Source: Octopus vulgaris
Lineage: Eukaryota
DNA: 64,000 bases
Reading direction: 5' to 3'
Assembly (NCBI GenBank): GCA_951406725.2
Contig: OX597817.1
Span: 164,176,001 to 164,240,000 of the forward strand
Positions 52,235-64,000 of the stretch are shown one piece after another; position 1 is the stretch's first letter, and every line of letters starts with the position of its first letter. Made by a program: the position numbers and the translations under genes. The notes under the pieces were generated by a model. It had not been told where the DNA came from. It worked only from the letters and a program-made list of their open reading frames with translations, and made no database searches.

Positions 52235-54133
52235 CTGTTAATACAAAGAGAGTAATTTTTAAACCAAAGGGACTTTCCCTGGATGAAATATTGCTGCCGA
52301 AAAGCATTTAAACAAAACATACATTAACTATGTGACATCAATAATGTTTACATTGTTAGAGCTGCTGCTAAATCGAAATTTAATTTCATCATCATCATCA
52401 TCATCATTTAGCATCCGTTTTCCTAGCTAGCATGGGTTGGACGGTTTAACTGGGGTCTGTGAAGCCGGAAGGCTTCATCAGGCCCAGTCTGATTTGGCAG
52501 TGTTTCTACGGCTGGATGCCCTTCCTAACGCCAACCACTCCGCGAGTGTAGTGGGTGTTTTTTACGTGCCACCTGCACAGGTGCCAGACAGAGCTGGCAC
52601 AACGGCCACGAACGGATGGTGCTTTTACGTGTCACCGGCACGGGGCCAGCCGAGGCTGGCAACGAACACGAGCGGATGGTGCTTTTACGTGCCACCGACA
52701 CGGGGCCAGACAGAGCTGGCAAACGGCCACAAACGGACGGTGCTTTTACGTGTCACCGGCACGGGGGCCAGCCGATGCGTGTGTGTATGTGTTTTCATGT
52801 GCATGTCTGCATATATATATATACATGTGCCACTGTATAGTGGTTGGTGTTAGGAAGGGCATCCAGCCATAGAAACCATGCCACAAGAGATCCTATATTT
52901 TTGTAGTCTCCATTTCATTTTTCAAAAACCAATTTATTTGTACTTATCCAGTTCTGATCTACAGCGGATTTCATCTTGGTGCCGCCAACTATCAATCTCT
53001 GGTCAAGTCAACTTGCAGTTATTTGGCAATCCTGCATCAAGTCATAATTTCTCTTTAATTACTTTTAAGCTGAGTGGAAGGAGACAAAGACTCCTAACTT
53101 TTTAGACATGACACGGATAATATATCCAGCAGGGCCAACATAACTAAAGACCAACAGACATCAACTGATAGCTTGTAAGGCAACACAAAGTTTGTAACAG
53201 TCTATATTGGTTTATCGTATCAATATTGTTAATCTAAAACTCAGTTGGGTTATTTACACTGAATGCCTAGCACTTATCAACCTTCCAATTTGCCATTCTG
53301 ATTAAAAAAAAGAAGAAGCATTCTGAACAATTTAAGTTGGAAATAACAGGCTCAGTGACTGGACTTTGGATAGTTGTCTATCAAAACTGTACCACTGATT
53401 AAACTTCAGAGCATGTTCCATCTCCTATTCTTAAATTAGATACTATAAGCATTTTTATTTCTTGCTTTTTAATAATTAGGAAGAGAATTTGTTAGTCACT
53501 TAGTACAAGCAAGATAGGCTACACTATTAATGTCCAACAGAGCAATCTGCCCTCCCTTGGATTGACATTCATAATCATAAATAACTCATGGAGTTGTTGG
53601 CATTAGGAAGGGCAGACTGGAGCCTGGTGCAACCTCCTGGCTTCCCAGACCCCGGTCGAATCATCCAACCCTTGCTAGCATGGAAAACGGACGTTAAATG
53701 AAGATGATGATGATGAACTCACAACCATTGTTTTTCTTGTCTCCATCTCAAATTACTGTTTAAAATGTTTAATAATAATATTTGCACTGAAATCTCAGCT
53801 ACCAATAACCTGACACCTTAATATGAATAATATTCATATTAAGCTTATGTATAGTTGTTACAACATTAGCTAGACAGGTAACTACATGTTGCTCAACCTA
53901 CTAGAAATAACAGCCAAATTACCTACAAGAGTAGTTACATCTTACCATTTAAAAAAACGGAAGGGTACATTGTAGAATTAAATAAACTGTCTGAAAATAT
54001 GACGAGATAGCTAAAACATAATTTATGTATCTATTGTTATTGCCTTTTTCCAAAAAAATTGAAGGAAAAACTTGTAAAAGTAATGAGTAATAGTAATCTT
54101 ATTCAACAGTAATAAATAGATAGGAGAACTAAC

Positions 54134-54255
54134 CTTGTTGACCACCCACACACAGCAAGTGGTAATAATTTGTTGAAGTTAGGTTTTAAATCAGATTCTA
54201 TGAATTTGGCTTCAAAGATTTCACACAACTTATTCCAAAAGTTTGGTAAGAGTAC
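54134..54255 (-). CDS. ZC3HC1: ZC3HC1/NIPA internal exon
   Basis: VLLPNFW...LLPLAVCGWST; the LxxCGW motif starts the second (Rsm1-like) module. Confidence 0.88.
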
Positions 54256-54628
54256 CTACAAAGAGAAAGAAATATCAAGAAACCATTGAAGAAACAAATA
54301 TTGTGGACAGCTTGCTGACAACATACAGATACATTATAGCACTCAACAGAATGATGTTGTTGTTGTTCTAGTAGTAGTAGTAGTGGTGGTGGTGGTGCAC
54401 TAGTACGACCACAAGAACAATAATGTGTAAAATCTGTTAAGGACGAACAAGGATCTATGTTGAAGATATAAAGATTTCCCACAGTAGGCGTAGGAGTGGC
54501 TGTGTGGTAAGTAGCTTGCTAACCAGTCCCACTACGTGGCTTCTTGGGCAAGTGTCTTCTGCTATAGCCCCGGGCCGACCAATGCCTTGTGAGTGGATTT
54601 GGTAGACGGAAACTGAAAGACGCCTGTC

Positions 54629-54680
<52 letters not shown>

Positions 54681-55108
54681 TTCTGTGTTTGTCCCCCTAG
54701 CATTGCCTGACAACCGATGCTGGTGTGTTTACGTCCCCGTCACTTAGCGGTTCGGCAAAAGAGACCGATAGAATAAGTACTGGGCTTCCAAAGAATAAGT
54801 TCCGGGGTCGATTTGCTCGGCTAAAGGCGATGCTCCAGCATGGCTGCAGTCAAATGACTGAAACAAGTAAAAGAGAAAAGAGTAAAGAGTACTGTTCAGT
54901 TATGGAGGAATTAAGGCAGTCAGTATATAACTAATCTTGGTAGATTGTCAGAGGGATTAGAAGCCATCAACTACATGACTAGGAAAGCAACTAATGTAAT
55001 ATGTCAGAGCAATTCTGAAGATGTTTTTGTCTAACCCATTCTAACATGACAAAGACAGACATAAAAATGAAGGATATTTAAAAAGGGAAATCAAATAGAG
55101 ACATTTAC

Positions 55109-55239
55109 CTCCTCGTTACATTTGTCCATGTTGATGTTCGGCAATCTCTCTTCGGTCAATTTGACTAGTTTGTTGATTCTGTTGGAAAACCCTTGAATTA
55201 CTTTGTCTTTGTTGTGACAGTTAATCATTGAATAATATT
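55109..55239 (-). CDS. ZC3HC1: ZC3HC1/NIPA internal exon
   Basis: tgtag/gtaaat; EYYSMINCHNKDKVIQGFSNRINKLVKLTEERLPNINMDKCNEE; phases consistent with neighbouring exons. Confidence 0.85.
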
Positions 55240-56305
55240 CTACAGAAAGAAAAAAAATAAATAAAAAAAAAAATAAAGCGTTCCATGTTTAGCTCTAAGA
55301 ATGATTGCAACAGTGAAATCAGATCTACCAGTAGAGAGACAATACTTCAGATTAGAGCAGAGATATTAGTTCTGCAAATACAGAAGTGGTACTTGTAATT
55401 ATTTCAATGATATCAGATTAACCAATATAGTAGTGTGATGTGCAAGTAGAACCAGGGTAGCTAGCATAACAATACTAATCATAAATAATTTATGATTTAT
55501 ATGTGTGATATCAGATTTCCCAATATAGAAGTGATTATAGCTGAGAAAGTACTTCTACTGCTATTTAGTAGTGGGACAAATTACATCAATAAAGAATAAA
55601 TATATGCATTGCCAGGAAACATTACTAAGTCAACATACAAAAAATAAATGTTTTTTTTTTTCACTAACTCCAACTGTAGATTAAGGAAATCTTAGAAAAT
55701 AAGTGGAAGAGACTATAGTACTTAAACAGCACTTAAAAATACATTCTTTACAAGCAATTGTAAAAGTAAATCCTCAACCTTTAACATCCATATTCCATGC
55801 TGGCATAGGATGGATGGTTTGTCAGAAACTGACTAGCCAGAGGTCTGTGCCAAGCTCCTAAGTCTACTGTAACAAGGTTTCTATAACTGGATGCCCTTCT
55901 TAATGCCAACCACTGAACAGAGCATACTCCCCTTACAGAGTGGGTGTAGAACTGAGAGAAGTGGCTTATCATCATCCTCATCATCGTTTAACGTCCACTT
56001 TCCATGCTAGCATGGGTTGGACATTTTGACTGAGGTCTGGCAAACGAGATGGCTGCACCAGACTCCAATCTGATCTGGCAGAGTTTCTACAGCTGGATGC
56101 CCTTCCAAATGCCAACCACTCCGAGAGTGTAGTGGATGTTTTTACGTGCCACCAGCACAAGGGAAAGTCAGGCGGTACTGGCAACGGCCACACTCAAATA
56201 GTGCTTTTTATGTGCCACCTGCACAGGAGCCAGTCCAGCAGCACTGGCAAAGGCCTCGCTCGAACGTTTTTTTTTTAAATTTAATTAATGTAATATTAAA
56301 TTAAA

Positions 56306-56603
56306 TCTTTATATATAAAAGTAAGGTTGTGTGTCTGTCTCCTACGATTTAGATTCCTAACTACTCCCACATTTTGCGGTGCAGTTTAACCAAAACCGGG
56401 TATCTTATTGTCGTGATTCATATCGAGCCCTTCTGGGTATTAGCACGCGTCTATGATGAGTCAACGATTTAAAAAAAAATTCACCATAATTTTTTTTTCC
56501 ATTTTTAATGCATTTTTTTGCTATTTTTTGGCTATAACTCTCTAAAAATGTTTATATAGTTATTTCCCTTACAAACCCGAGCAACACCGGGCAATACTGC
56601 TAG
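56306..56603 (+). mobile_element. Non-autonomous Helitron; related copies at 61976-62341(-) and about 7085-7389
   Basis: 5' TC, 3' hairpin CCCGAGCAACACCGGG followed by CTAG, inserted at A|T. Confidence 0.8.
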
Positions 56604-57612
56604 TACAAGATAAACCTTACATAGATTTGTCAAATCATAAGAAAATGATGCCAAGGGATTAAATACAAAGCGATTACACTTGTAAAATTTTGAGAAGTTA
56701 TTAAGACACTCCAATCAGAAGTATCTTTTATACCATTACTCTTTTCCAATAACTCATTAACGCAGACTGGACTTGATTGGTTTAACCCTTTAGTGCTCAG
56801 ATTACACTGTTAAATGTAATAATTTTTCACTCAGATTGTTTTGAATTAATCATGCATTATCTTATAGCTTTTAAGTTTCAATGATGTGACTGTTTATTTT
56901 TAGAATGTCGATGAAGGTTAGGTGTGAGAGGCTAGATATGGCCAGTTTGAATATAAAACATGTGGAATATCTGGGCCAGATATGGCCGGTTTAAACACTA
57001 AAGGGTTAAGCATCAATGTTTAGATCTCAATACAGGTATAGTCTTGATTAATTTAAAATTACCATTCCCACCACAAGAAGTATGATAGTGCTTTCTTGAT
57101 GAATATAACCTTAACAGTGCATATGTAAATAAACCAAACTAAGCTAGTTAAAGACATGCGTTTTCACCAATGACAGGAAACAACAATAGTGATAAGACAT
57201 GAACCACAAATACATTAGGTTTAACCCTTGCCAGAACTGACCTCACCTGTGCTGGTCTCATGTAAAAAGCACTCAGTCCACTCTGTGGAGTAATTGGCAT
57301 TAGGAAGAGCATCCAGTTGTAAAAACCATGTCAAAACAGACACTGAAGCCTGGTGCAGTCTTTTGCCTAGCCAGCCTCTGTCAGACTGTCCAACCCATGC
57401 CAGCATGGAAAGCAGATGTTAATAATGATGATGATGATCTATACATAATGCAAGGATATTGTAGATAAGCCAGTTACTGCAGTATTCATTCTGAGATAAC
57501 ATCTCTTACGAACATGCTGTATTAAAAACACAATATCCATAACGTATGTCATCTCAGGACAAATACCTCTAGAAGAGGCCTATCAACAGTGTATATACAT
57601 TAAGTACAATAT

Positions 57613-58064
57613 GGGGCGGGGCAGAAAAGTTCCTGGCTTTGGGTAAAAGAAAATACAGGAGGATCAGTTAATTATGATTTTATTCAACATATTCCCCACT
57701 CTGATTCACACACTTACTGCAGTGGTCCTTCAGTTTTTCTAAGCACTGCAAATGATCTCAGAAGTTGGGCCTCTAACCAGGCCTTTCACGATACCTTTAA
57801 AGCCAATAACTTTCCAGCACCCCACACATACACACATATATGTATATGGAGGAGGGGGCAAAAAATTCCTGGCTTTAGGTAAAAGAAAATACAGGAGGAT
57901 CAGTTAATTGATTTTATTCAACACAATCACCACTCAGATTCACACACTTATTACAGTGGTCCTTCAGATTTTCTAAGCCCTGTAAAAGAACTCAGAAGGG
58001 TGGGCCTCCAACCAGGCCTTTTGCAATACCTTAAAAGTCAGGAACATTACAGCACCCCCCTCGT
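57613..58064. mobile_element. Two tandem mariner-like MITEs
   Basis: GGGG..GAAAAGTTCCTGGCTTT / AAAGCCAGGAAC..CAGCACCCC inverted termini, repeated twice. Confidence 0.7.
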
Positions 58065-58176
58065 ACATAAATGGCTATCACAAATACATTTCTTGGTAAC
58101 CTTATACTCTAATAATTCAACAGGAAATGACAAGCCTCTAAACAAAGACAAGGATAATCAAATATAATTTCCCAAC

Positions 58177-58260
58177 CTGGACTAGGATTAGATGACCAAG
58201 GACACAGTGGTTCATGAGACGTAACCAGGGATTTCTTTAGCTTCTTACAGAATTCTTTAT
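58177..58260 (-). CDS. ZC3HC1: ZC3HC1/NIPA internal exon (end of the first C3HC zinc-finger module); I did not find the upstream exons in the window
   Basis: KEFCKKLKKSLVTSHEPLCPWSSNPSP resembles human CAELKKALCTAHEKFCFWPDSPSP; AG/GT boundaries. Confidence 0.88.
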
Positions 58261-58963
58261 CTGAAAGATGAATACAAACGCAAATCATAAAATATATCAA
58301 CATAGCTAGGTGCAGAGGGAATGTTAGAATTCATAATTCACAGTTTTCTTTGCATGTATAATTTATACCTATTTCTTTATTACCCACAAGGGGCTAAACA
58401 CAGAGGACAGACATAGGTATTAAGTCGATTACATTGACCCCAGTGCGTAACTGGTACTTAATTTATCGACCCCCGAAAGGATGAAAGGCAAAGTCGACCT
58501 CGGCGGAATTCGAACTTAGAACGTAACAACAGACGAAATACCGCTAAGCATTTCGCCCAGCGCGCTAACGTGTCTGCCAGCTCACCGCCTTAGTATGTAT
58601 AATTTATACCACCATTATTATTTAACATCTATTTTCCATGCTGGTAGAGGATTTGGAGGAGTTGTTATTGCTCAAATTATCAATAAAAAAAAGAAAATGC
58701 AGTGTGCACACTGGAAGAAACAGATGTATAGGGAGGAAAATACATGCACACACTGACATACATACTCATTAGTGAATATGCATGCACAAATACACAAACA
58801 AAACAAGCACACACATATACACACACACACTTGTGTGACATACCAACCCACTATATATATATCATACTTATATAAGTATGCTGGTATACTTATATAAATA
58901 CACACATATATATATGCGAGATGATTATAATCAAAAATAAGCAACAAGAATGAATCCGGTAAT

Positions 58964-59049
58964 TTAGTACAATTGTTTCATACTACAACGTTTTATTAAA
59001 AGCTGTAAATATTACAGCAGATTTAATATGTCGAGTAATCTTCAGCTAA
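58964..59049 (-). ncRNA. Type I hammerhead ribozyme motif with extended stem II
   Basis: UUAG-CUGAAGA-uUACU...GCUGUAA uau UUACAGC...AGUAu-GAAAC-AAUU-GUA-CUAA. Confidence 0.7.
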
Positions 59050-59496
59050 TTTTATATGGGTTTTCCAATAATATATAAATACACATATATATAATTATAT
59101 ATGTTTATATACATACATATAGACTATATATATATGTGTGTGTGTGTGTGTATATACAGGTTTAGTATAACAAGCAGGATAAATAGAATATAAGTGTATT
59201 TTTAATTGGCAGCAGTTGCAAAAGTGACTCACATAAGGAGAGAGAGTGAGAAAATGACAAAAGCAATTTTAATGTATGTGTGAGAAAGATAGTTATGTTT
59301 TCATAGTTTTATTTTCTTCACTAATGTTGCATATACTTGGCTACCAAGTGTTCCTCTACTGGTGACCATAAGTGTGTGTGTGTGTGTGTGTATATCCCTC
59401 TCTCTCTCTTTCGGAGAGGCACAAGCACCTACACGTACATGTACACACACGGCAGTAACTTCCACCTACCGAATTCAATCACAAAGCTCCGGTCAG

Positions 59497-59539
<43 letters not shown>

Positions 59540-60249
59540 TATTATTCAACTACGGTAGCAGTTGAATGATACTCTTAAGGCTGCAATTTCCCCACACATA
59601 GCTTCTTTCAGAGCTTGCAGCTAATTCAGTTCTTAACTAAACTGAAAACTGTTAACATTTTTGAAGAGGATAGGTCCCTTGCTACATTTTGGCATAAAAA
59701 AAAATTGAGATTTGACCCAATAGAAAAAAGTTTATATCAAAATTTGTAGCAACATTATAGGAGAGTAAGTAATGCCACCAATCAAGTTTAGATCTAAATA
59801 ACTTTTTATATTTTAGAAGCAAAATATTTTTATCTTAGCTTCAATGATAGGAGAAAGCATGAAGAATTTCAGTTTTGTTCCCATGCAACAAAAATTTGTA
59901 TCAAAAAAGTTGTAAGGTAAATATCATTCAAAAAATATAAGGCAAAAAATTGGATTAGAGTATAATTAACTTTTTTATTTTAAAAACAAATTATATTTTA
60001 ATTAAGCTTAAATGATAGAGCTAAATTTGAGGAATTTCAAGGTATCAATCTCATGCAATGAAGTTTTAAAAGAAAACAGTTATGAGTGTTTGTTTCTCTA
60101 ATTTGAGGGTGATAATATAGTTCTATACGTTTTTATGAATATAGTTTTATAAGGGGACTTTTAATATATGTCACTGGCATCAGTGAGGCATAGCCTGGAA
60201 AAAACATGGATTACATGTTAAAATGTGAGCAAAAAAAATAATATTCTTA

Positions 60250-60990
60250 AAATTATAAACCTGGAAAATTACAGGACAAGTTATTACACTTGGAAAAGTT
60301 CAGGACAACTAATTACATCTTGTAAAGTACAGAACAAGAAAAATTTTTACTTAAAATATTGCAGCTAAGGATAAAATCTGAATATTAAAGATTATTTGAT
60401 TTTAATTTACAAAGTAATATTATAATTAAAAAAAGGTACCATCATTTTGTTAAAACATTGACATACTAGAATACTTAAAAAATGAGAGCCAGAAGTACCA
60501 ATATAGCTAAAGTTTTATGCAAAGTAGAATAGTATATATTGTAGGCAAATTCCTTATGTAAAAAATAGGTATTGTGTCAAGACTAAAAATGTGAAGACTT
60601 GGCAATAACCCAAGCAAATTTTACTGTGAATTTGTTGTTATAGGTAGATTTTACTGTAATATATAACTAATTTTTGTATTATTCTATTTATAGTACTAAT
60701 TAATTATGTCCTACTATTATCTTTTATAACCTAATTTCAAATTTATAATTATTAATTAATAATTTTAAAAAAATGAATTTTTTTAAAGTGCAAAAAATAT
60801 TTTGAGTTATTTTATATTTTTAATAGAATTAACAAGTAATAACAAATAGAAGTAATAACTTGTAATAAAATTTTTAGTTTTGATAAAAGCCAATATTTTC
60901 TAAATCTAAATATTTTATTTGAAATTTTATCCTAAGCTGCAATATTTTAAGTAAAAATTTTCTTGTCCTGTAATTTTCCAGGTTTATAAT
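60250..60990. mobile_element. AT-rich element with long terminal inverted repeats (unclassified MITE)
   Basis: ATTATAAACCTGGAAAATTACAGGACAAG...AAATTTTTACTTAAAATATTGCAGC mirrored at about 60925-60990. Confidence 0.6.
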
Positions 60991-61199
60991 CTTAATATTA
61001 TTTCTCTTGCTTGCATTTTTCCATGTAATATTTATATTATCAATGGCTCACCAGTTCCACAGGATTGGAGAGATACTATACAGATTTTACTGTACAATGA
61101 AAAAGGTGTCGAGTCCAACCATGACACCTTGCTTGCTATATATTTCCTTATACTTATTGACTAGATATTTGCAAGACTTTTTATTGAATCAAATGCTAA

Positions 61200-61550
61200 C
61201 ATACATAATATACACATGCTACATCTTTGTCTCAGAGTCTCTGTGTAGATTCAGATCTGGTGCAGGCACCACCACAAATATGGTCTTTAGTGTCAGACAG
61301 CTACAGAAGTACAAATAGACACTCCCTCTTTACTAAGTTTTCATTGACGCATCAAAAGCTTTTGACAAGGTGTATACAAATGCAATGGAGAATCTTGAGG
61401 AAGTTTTGGTGCCCACATCAGTTTGTTGATATGTTTGCCCAAATATACTTTGGTATGAAGGCTTACTCTAACTCAGATGGTGCTATGTCAGAACTGATTC
61501 CAGTCGACTATTGTATTAAACTGGATGATATATCTGTACAATGAGACTGA
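61200..61550 (+). mobile_element. Degenerate RTE-like RT fragment
   Basis: CRFRSG..T.NMVFSVRQLQ, ID.SKAFDKV and WRILRKF.CP motifs. Confidence 0.7.
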
Positions 61551-62384
61551 GACAGTAGCTCCAAGCCTACACCTAAGCATACATACTACAATCACCAAAC
61601 ATGGATATAAAGATAGTACATGAACGAATGTTATATATGCACACATACACAAAAGACAGTTTTAAAATGCATACACTCCCCTACACTTAAGCGCATATGT
61701 ACAGATGCACACAAATGCACTCACGGAGGCATGCATGAGCACACATATACACCAATGGATGATTAGATAAATGGAGAGAAGTTCATTAAAAATAATAAAA
61801 TGTTAACTTACAAATATAAGTATATAAATAGCAAAGCGAATAAAGGTAAATGGAAAGTTAAAAAAGAATAGAAATAGCTTAATAAGGACATTTAAGGATA
61901 TGGAAAATTAATAAATAACATGTGAATGTAAAATACATGTAAATATACGCACACACACATATATATATATATATACTAGCAGTATCGCCCGGCATTGCTC
62001 GGGTTTGTAAGGGAAATAACTATAAAGCATTTTTAGAGAGTTATAGCCAAAAAACGGAAAAAAAAATGATGGTAAATTTTTTTTTGTTAAAAAGGTCGAA
62101 TTGCGTCCCCTAGACAGTCTGTGGTTTGTGTTTCTGATTCTCGACCCCATGTCGAATTTATCGATTTTTTCAGAACTGGGGGAACTTTTCAAAATTTTTG
62201 CTGCGTTAGTTTTGAATTATGACATTGGGCTAAGTGTGTGTCAAGTTTCATCAGAATCGGTTGAAAGCCGTGGTCAGGGTGAGGGTACAACCTAACAGAC
62301 ACACAGAAACACACACAGACAAACTGCCGTTTATATATAGAGAGAAGAGATATATATGTATAAATGAATATTATATAGATTTGT

Positions 62385-63872
62385 ATGTTAGTAAGGTAAA
62401 TGTTGGCAATGAGTATAGCGAAGAATTCTGGATAGAAGTAGGGGTTCACCAAGGATCAGCTCCGTCTTATTCATTATAGTCCTCCAAGCAATAACAGAGG
62501 AATTCAAGACGAGCTGTCCCTGGGAGCTCCTCTATGCTGATGACCTTGCTCTCATAGCAGAATCACTACCAGAACTAGAAGAAATTTCAGGTGTAGAAGC
62601 AAAGTTTAGAGAAGGGCCTTAGAGTCAATGTTGCAAAAACCAAAGTCCTAGTAAGCAGGAAGGTGAACACATCACAAACTCCTTCAGGTAGATGGCCCTG
62701 CTCAATCTGTAGAAAAGGTGTAGGTAGAAACTCCATAAGCTGCACCCAGTGTAAGCTATGGATGCATGAGAGGTGCAGCAACATCGAAGGAAGGTTAATT
62801 GGGAAGATAGCTTTTGTGTGTGGCAGATACACAGGGGCAATAAACACCACAGATGCTCAGAAAACTGATTCCATCGCATGTCAGGGAAGAAAATAGAAGT
62901 AGTTGATAGCGTCCGCTACCTAGGTGACCAAGTCTGTAGTGGGGTGGATGCTCAGAGAGCGTTGCCACTAGAATAAGAATAGCCTGAACAAAGTTCAGAA
63001 AGCTCCTACCTCTACTGGTGACAAAGGGCCTCTTGCTCAGAGTGAAAGGTAGATTGTATGATGCATGTGTGTGAACTGCCATGCTTCACAGCAGTGAAAC
63101 ATGGGCCGTGACTACTGAAGACGTATGTAGGCTTGAAAGAAATGAAGGTAGTATGATGCACTGGATGTGTAATGTCAGTGTGCACACAGGACAGAGTGTA
63201 AGTGCCCCGAGAAAAATGTTGGACATAAGAAGCATCAAATGTGGTATGCAAGAGAGACAACTGCGCTGGTACGGTCCTGTGCTATGTATGGATGAGGAGA
63301 GCTGTGTGAAGAAGTGTCACTCCCTAACAGTGGAAGGAACTCGTGGAAGAGGGAGACCCAGGAAGACATGGGATGAGGTGGTGAAGCATGACCTTTGAAC
63401 GTTGGGCCTCACAGAGGCAATGATGAAAGACCGAGACCTCTGGAGATATGCTGTGAATGAGAAGACCAGGCAAGGGAAGTGAGATCACAGCCATAGCCTA
63501 CACCAGTATCGCATAATTAGCCCATTTAAAAAGTACCTTTGAATCGTCGGGCAACATTCCATGCTTGAAGAGACCTAATGAGTCAGGTAAATTATAATCA
63601 AATCACAATCAAATGGAAATTGTAGTTATGGGCATTACCAGTGCTGGTGGTACACGATAAGCACCATTCATTCATGCATGAGTCACTGCCAGAGCCACCT
63701 GACTGACCCCCACCCCCATAAAAAGCACCATCCAAACATGATCAATGTCAGCCCCCTGCCCCAACTGGCTCATGTGCCGGTGTCTGGTGCAGCCTCCTGG
63801 CTTGCCAGTCTCCAGTCAAACTGTCCAATGCATGCCAGCATGGAAAACAGACATTAAACGATGATGATGATG
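62385..63872 (+). mobile_element. RTE-clade LINE, 5'-truncated and degenerate (RT, PHD-like Cys cluster, C-terminus, 3' UTR)
   Basis: GVHQGS, ELLYADDL, CSICRKGVGRNSISCTQCKLWMHERC, LHSSETWA, LRWYG, GRGRPRKTW motifs across frameshifts; (GAT)n tail. Confidence 0.9.
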
Positions 63873-64000
63873 AATATAGATATGCACAAACCCACAAGAG
63901 CTTACATGCATACGTGTGTGCAGACACATGTATACATGAGTAAATATACTAAATAACATACATGTAGGAATATGGGGACATACTTGTGCACACATACATT

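Noticed and set aside
52555-52780. CRISPR-like repeat/spacer pattern (GGTGCTTTTACGTG units)
   Set aside because: Eukaryotic context, spacers homologous to each other, no cas genes; these are RTE 3' UTR modules

Overview
AT-rich, repeat-dense eukaryotic genomic DNA. The SINE, LINE and MITE families suggest an octopus (inference from recognised repeat sequences). I reconstructed three spliced genes by hand. TSR1 (minus strand) has coding exons 1-5 here and runs off the left edge. CFAP107/C1orf158 (plus strand) is complete in 3 exons with an upstream RFX X-box. ZC3HC1/NIPA (minus strand) has its last 6 exons here, including a long low-complexity C-terminal extension. Two identical tRNA-Thr(CGT) genes sit in a local duplication. 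The rest is SINEs, RTE/CR1-group/R4-Dong LINE fragments, a solo LTR, hAT and Helitron coding remnants, MITEs and microsatellites; nearly all long ORFs in the ORF track are microsatellite artefacts. The most notable hidden signal is about nine hammerhead-ribozyme (HHR)-like motifs from several unrelated non-coding, Penelope-type elements, often in inverted-repeat form next to microsatellites. One of them has a tRNA-like Pol III head and a 12-bp target-site duplication. Also notable are R4/Dong-like fragments that appear to target (CATA)n arrays. Family assignments come from motif recognition by eye, not from database searches.
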